Origin: Candidatus Aminicenantes bacterium UBA4820 | Lineage (GTDB): Bacteria > Acidobacteriota > UBA4820 | Assembly (NCBI GenBank): GCA_002402325.1 | Contig: DHFQ01000128.1 | Location: 1 to 47,798, forward strand | Direction of reading: 5' to 3' | Length of the DNA: 47,798 nucleotides | In this document: positions 43,842 through 47,798 of the stretch, one piece after another | How positions within the stretch are numbered: the first letter of the stretch is position 1 | Layout of the letters: each line of letters opens with the position of its first letter | The notes under the pieces: model-generated | The model's database searches: none | What the model saw: only the letters and a program-made list of their open reading frames with translations | What the model was told of the DNA's origin: nothing | Translations under genes and position numbers: made by a program

Positions 43842-45362
43842 TTGTGTGGAATAGCAGGAATTTTTGGAAAAGGCGAAATTGAAAAAAAAGAGATAACAAG
43901 AATGCTCTCAAAATTGAGACATAGAGGGCCTGATGAGAGGGATGTGTTGAAGGTTTCCCCGATAGGTTGGCTTGGCCATACAAGGCTTTCCATTATAGAT
44001 TTAAAAAAGGGGAAACAGCCTATAAGTAACGAAGATGGAAAAGTTGCGATTGTTTTTAATGGAGAAATATACAATTTTAAAAAATTGAGAAAGGAACTTG
44101 AACCACGGCACAAATTTAAAACAGAAAGTGATGCGGAAGTAGTACTCCATCTTTACGAGGATTTTGGAGAAGAGAGTTTTAAAATGCTTGACGGTATGTT
44201 TGCAATATTAATGACCGGACCCAAAAATTTTATTCTTGTGCGTGATCCCATTGGGATTAAACCTTTATACTATGGTAATAAAGGAAACAGGATATATGTA
44301 GCATCAGAGCTCAAAGCCTTTCCACATCCTATGGATGGGATAAAATCGCTTAAACCTGGACACTATATGATCGGAGGAGAGACTAAACTTTTTGAAAATA
44401 TTCTTGATTCTTCTATACAAATTTATGATCTGAATACAGAAAAAATTAAATCAGATTTGATTTTTCTTCTTGAAGAGGCTGTAAATAAAAGGCTGATAGC
44501 AGATGTACCCGTTGGTGTTTTTCTTTCTGGTGGATTTGATAGCAGTCTTGTAGCCTCTATAATGAAAAAGAAAATAAAATGTTTGCATTCCTTTACTGCA
44601 GGAATGAAAGATGCCCCCGATTTGAAGATGGCTTCAGAATTGGCTGATTTTCTTAAAACAGAACATCATCAATTAATCTACAATAAAAGGGAAATGTTAA
44701 AGGCTTTACCTGAAGTAATTTATCATCTTGAATCATTTGATTCGCCAATCATTAGATCCGCAATACCGATGTATTTTATTTCTAAAATTGCCTCTGAATA
44801 TGTAAAGGTAACCTTAAGTGGAGAAGGAGCTGATGAACTTTTTGCAGGTTATTCTTATCTAAAAAGGTTTAAAGGAAATAGACTAAGGAAAGAACTAAAC
44901 AAAGTAATAAGGTCTTTAGAAAATACAAATCTGCAAAGGGGAGACAGAATTGCAATGGCTTTTGGACTTGAAGTTAGAGTCCCATTTCTCGACAAAAGGC
45001 TTTTGAAATACACTTTGAGAATACCTCCATCCCTTCTTGAATCTGGGGCAAATAGACAGGAAAAACATCTTTTAAGAGAAACTTTTAAAAATTATTTACC
45101 GGAAACTGTTCTTAAGAGGCATAAAATGAAGTTTTCAATCGGGGCAGGCTCGTCGGATCAGTTATTTGAGGAAAGTAGAAAACGCATTACAGACAAGGAA
45201 TTTGAGAATAACAAAATGCTTCCAGATGGGTCTTTATTGCGTTCAAAGGAGGAATATTACTATTATAAAATTTTTAAAGATATTTTTGGAGATACAATTC
45301 CGTTGAACTTGGTTGGAAGGACAGTGGATAAAAGCGCAGGAACAGAGAAGGAAAATGGTTAA
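43842..45362 (+). CDS. asnB: asparagine synthetase (glutamine-hydrolysing) family amidotransferase
   Basis: TTG start immediately followed by the Cys nucleophile (M)CGIAGIF. SGGFDSS PP-loop. AGGAGG lies 5 nt upstream. The physiological substrate is uncertain given the gene context. Confidence 0.75.
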   Translation: MCGIAGIFGKGEIEKKEITRMLSKLRHRGPDERDVLKVSPIGWLGHTRLSIIDLKKGKQPISNEDGKVAIVFNGEIYNFKKLRKELEPRHKFKTESDAEVVLHLYEDFGEESFKMLDGMFAILMTGPKNFILVRDPIGIKPLYYGNKGNRIYVASELKAFPHPMDGIKSLKPGHYMIGGETKLFENILDSSIQIYDLNTEKIKSDLIFLLEEAVNKRLIADVPVGVFLSGGFDSSLVASIMKKKIKCLHSFTAGMKDAPDLKMASELADFLKTEHHQLIYNKREMLKALPEVIYHLESFDSPIIRSAIPMYFISKIASEYVKVTLSGEGADELFAGYSYLKRFKGNRLRKELNKVIRSLENTNLQRGDRIAMAFGLEVRVPFLDKRLLKYTLRIPPSLLESGANRQEKHLLRETFKNYLPETVLKRHKMKFSIGAGSSDQLFEESRKRITDKEFENNKMLPDGSLLRSKEEYYYYKIFKDIFGDTIPLNLVGRTVDKSAGTEKENG

Positions 45363-45963
45363 TAATATAGTTAGTTCGCTAATACACGATTTTTTAATCC
45401 TTTTTGGAATTGTGAATATCATTGGAAACATACCTCACATATCAGTCTTGACCTCTGATCTGTCTAAAAGGGATAAAAAGAGCATTTTTTTTATCTCTTC
45501 TCTAACTTCTTTTGCCTTAGTTCTATTATTTGCGCTTTGTGGAAATTTTATTCTTATAAATGTCTTTGATATAACTTTCGCCTCTTTTAAAGTTGCCGGT
45601 GGAATTATAGTGTTTTTAGTCGCTGTAAGAGGGGTCGTTCTTGGTCCCTCTAAGGCTATTGCTACTTTTCAGGAGGAAGAGAAATCACAGAGGTTTTTTT
45701 CAATTGTTTTCCCTTTCCTTGTTGGACCAGGAACAATGGTAACTACAATCCTTTTAATGCAGGCAAGCGGCAAATTACACACTTCTTTAGTCGTTTTCTT
45801 TGTCTATATTACATCTTTTGTAATTCTTTTAACAATTCCAATAATTGAAAAACTTGTTGGAAAATTAATTATGACTATGATTTCAAGGATTCTTTACATC
45901 TTTATTGCAGCGAAGGCTGTAAAATTTATAATTTCAGGGTTGAAAGAATGTTTTGCGGGTTAA
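45355..45963 (+). CDS. MarC family (UPF0056) integral membrane protein
   Basis: About 200 aa with 6 TM segments and an N-terminal FGIVNIIGNIP motif. Start set at ATG 45355 (MVNNIV), overlapping the asnB-like stop. Confidence 0.7.
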   Translation: MVNNIVSSLIHDFLILFGIVNIIGNIPHISVLTSDLSKRDKKSIFFISSLTSFALVLLFALCGNFILINVFDITFASFKVAGGIIVFLVAVRGVVLGPSKAIATFQEEEKSQRFFSIVFPFLVGPGTMVTTILLMQASGKLHTSLVVFFVYITSFVILLTIPIIEKLVGKLIMTMISRILYIFIAAKAVKFIISGLKECFAG

Positions 45964-45966
45964 AAA

Positions 45967-47658
45967 ATGAAATCCAGGACATTTATTGAACATTTGAAAA
46001 ATGCCTTTATTGCTTTTTTAGATATTATTTCAAAGGATATCGGGATTGAACCGCACAGCCGTTTTAAAATTTACACTTTTTTATATGAAGAGACAGACAT
46101 AACAAATTTCTTTTACTGGATTTCTCTTCTTTGTTCAGTAGGTATAGCCACATTGGGGCTGGCACTTAATAGCTCCGCTGTAATAATAGGTGCGATGCTC
46201 CTCTCACCACTTATGGGTCCCATAATTGCGCTTGGGCTATCAATGACAATTGGCGATTTTTATCTCGGGATGAGAGCGGTTGTTAATCTGATTTTATCCA
46301 TAGTTATTTCTCTTATTTTTTCCTCTTTAATAACATTTTTTCTTCCATTTCAAATAGAAACTTCAGAAGTTCTCTTAAGAACAAGACCCAACACTCTTGA
46401 TTTAGCTGTTGCTCTACTGTGTGGTTTAATTGGTTCTATATCTGTTGCAAGAGCGCCTTCTAAGGGTTTTGCAACAACAATTCCTGGAGTTGCCATTGCA
46501 GTTGCATTGATACCACCTCTTTGTTCCATAGGGTTCGGAATAGGAATCGGTTTCAAATGGAATATAATGGGGGGGGCATTCCTCCTTTTTCTGACCAATT
46601 TGGTTTCAATAGTGTTTACATCTATATTGGTTTTTCTATCATTAAGAATGGGAGCGGAGGAAGAAATAGAAACAATTCGTTCTTTTGTGCAGGGTAGGGC
46701 AGAGAAAAACAGACTTTATATGGCATTTATGGGTAAAAAACATTTTCAAATATTTAAGAAAGTGGGGAATTTAAAAAACAGGTTGATATTTGTTGGTATT
46801 GCATTACTTGTTCTAATTATTCCTTTAAGCATAATATTGAATCAGATTAAAAGAGAGATAGTCATAAAAAAAGAGACACAAAAAGCAATATCACGGTTCC
46901 TTCAAGATGAATCCATCCTTTCTAAGGAAATAGTGATAGACAAAAATAAAGTTAATCTTCACTTTTCAATTTTAACTGGAGAAGAATCTGTTGGGACAAA
47001 TATAAAGAAGATGGAAGACTATTTGAAAATAAAACTGAATGAAAATGTAAGTGTTTCATACATAGAAGTTCCAAACAAAGCGATGCTCTTAATGGCAAAA
47101 GAAAAAGTGCAGCCAATGCCTCCTGATTTGAAAGCATTATCAAATGAAATTCATTCAAGATATTTAGAAAAAGTGAAAAATCTTTTACCAGAATCTCGAA
47201 AAAATGAACTTATCAATCTATCTTTGTTTTACAATGAAAAAACGAGGAAACCCAACATTCAGGGCGTTTTCCTCACAGATCAGTTAATCACTGAAAATGA
47301 AAAAGATATACTTAAAAAAGCAATATCTTCGATTTTCTCTGAAGATATAGAGATGTCCATCATTTCTCTTCCTTCTCAAATTGATATAGTTAAATTAAGA
47401 AAAAAAATTGAAGAGATTGACATTTCTGATATAAATTCAAAAATATCCATTTATAAATTTTATATTTACAACCCTACGCTTTTGCTTGAGATTCATACTA
47501 AAAGCGGGCAAAAGACATCTAAAAGCATTAATGAAAAGATACAATATCTTTCAGAATACTTATCTGACACTCTTTCGATACCCTGTGAAATTGGAGCATT
47601 TAAAGAAGACTCTCAATCGAAAGAAACTTTTGTTCTTATAAAGGTTAAGAAAGGGTAA
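45967..47658 (+). CDS. DUF389 domain membrane protein with a long soluble C-terminal extension
   Basis: IGAMLLSPLMGPIIALGLS and GVAIAVALIPPLCSIGFG motifs typical of DUF389. The remaining ~270 aa are Lys/Glu-rich and non-membrane. Confidence 0.7.
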   Translation: MKSRTFIEHLKNAFIAFLDIISKDIGIEPHSRFKIYTFLYEETDITNFFYWISLLCSVGIATLGLALNSSAVIIGAMLLSPLMGPIIALGLSMTIGDFYLGMRAVVNLILSIVISLIFSSLITFFLPFQIETSEVLLRTRPNTLDLAVALLCGLIGSISVARAPSKGFATTIPGVAIAVALIPPLCSIGFGIGIGFKWNIMGGAFLLFLTNLVSIVFTSILVFLSLRMGAEEEIETIRSFVQGRAEKNRLYMAFMGKKHFQIFKKVGNLKNRLIFVGIALLVLIIPLSIILNQIKREIVIKKETQKAISRFLQDESILSKEIVIDKNKVNLHFSILTGEESVGTNIKKMEDYLKIKLNENVSVSYIEVPNKAMLLMAKEKVQPMPPDLKALSNEIHSRYLEKVKNLLPESRKNELINLSLFYNEKTRKPNIQGVFLTDQLITENEKDILKKAISSIFSEDIEMSIISLPSQIDIVKLRKKIEEIDISDINSKISIYKFYIYNPTLLLEIHTKSGQKTSKSINEKIQYLSEYLSDTLSIPCEIGAFKEDSQSKETFVLIKVKKG

Positions 47659-47798
47659 TATAATTTAAAATATTCGTCTTTCTGTCCCTCTGAAAATCTT
47701 TGCTTTCCAATCATAAGAAAACGGATGACGGATGAAATCGTTGCAGGAAGAAGAACAAAAGAATTTCCTGAATCCTTGTCAAGCAATTTAAGTAGCGC

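Noticed and set aside
43826-44113. 95-aa minus-strand ORF at the asnB-like 5' end
   Set aside because: It is antisense to the conserved glutaminase domain and has no SD or motif.
1-47798. Looked for CRISPR arrays, tRNA/rRNA genes, transposases, integrases, phage genes, toxin-antitoxin pairs and restriction endonucleases
   Set aside because: I saw no regularly spaced repeats, no T-loop (GGTTCGAATC-like) motifs in intergenic regions and no recognisable mobility, phage or nuclease ORFs. The only significant repeat I detected by eye is the 25-nt promoter duplication around the methyltransferase. A computational repeat search could find more.
47659-47798. Possible partial gene at the right edge
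   Set aside because: A minus-strand frame is open from the window edge (…ALLKLLDKDSGNSFVLLPATISSVIRFLMIGKQRFSEGQKDEYF…) but would overlap the DUF389 3' end by ~46 nt. A plus-strand ATG at 47725 (MTDEIVAGRRTKEF…) has only a weak SD. Too little sequence is available to choose between them or assign a function.

Overview
A 47.8-kb chromosomal segment from a low-GC bacterium (AT-rich by eye, not computed) whose proteins are rich in Lys, Glu and Ile. Envelope genes point to a diderm: ExbD/TonB, an ArnT-like GT39, a lipid-A-synthase N-terminal-domain protein and a SlyB-like glycine-zipper lipoprotein. I call about 42 protein genes. They sit in tightly packed operons, many with overlapping start and stop codons (ATGA, TGATG). 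I found no rRNA, tRNA, CRISPR array, transposase, integrase or phage genes. Housekeeping content includes speB, PBP1A, tsaE, nnr, ftsY, ribD-ribE-ribBA, dxs, pepA, an M1 peptidase and a ferredoxin. Signalling content is dense: three cNMP-binding-domain proteins, an FHA-GAF-class III cyclase and two Hanks-type Ser/Thr kinases with zinc ribbons. The best candidates for something undescribed, in order: (1) a translationally coupled operon at 41.1-47.7 kb encoding an opine-dehydrogenase-like enzyme, a 543-aa fusion protein with a cobalamin-binding-like domain (CxHxxG instead of DxHxxG), an AsnB-like amidotransferase and two membrane proteins; (2) a 1285-aa secreted LVIVD-propeller/PKD/IPT protein behind a full-consensus promoter, with a 45-aa upstream ORF that is absent from the ORF track and overlaps its start codon; (3) an orphan beta-class DNA methyltransferase bracketed by a duplicated 25-nt-exact promoter sequence; (4) a cupin gene broken by a 1-nt homopolymer frameshift, whose corrected frame ends in a TGATG overlap with the downstream kinase; (5) two convergent operons, each headed by a cNMP-binding protein and each containing a peptidoglycan enzyme, separated by an unusually GC-rich structured spacer. 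All functional calls rest on motifs I recognised by eye. No database search was run.
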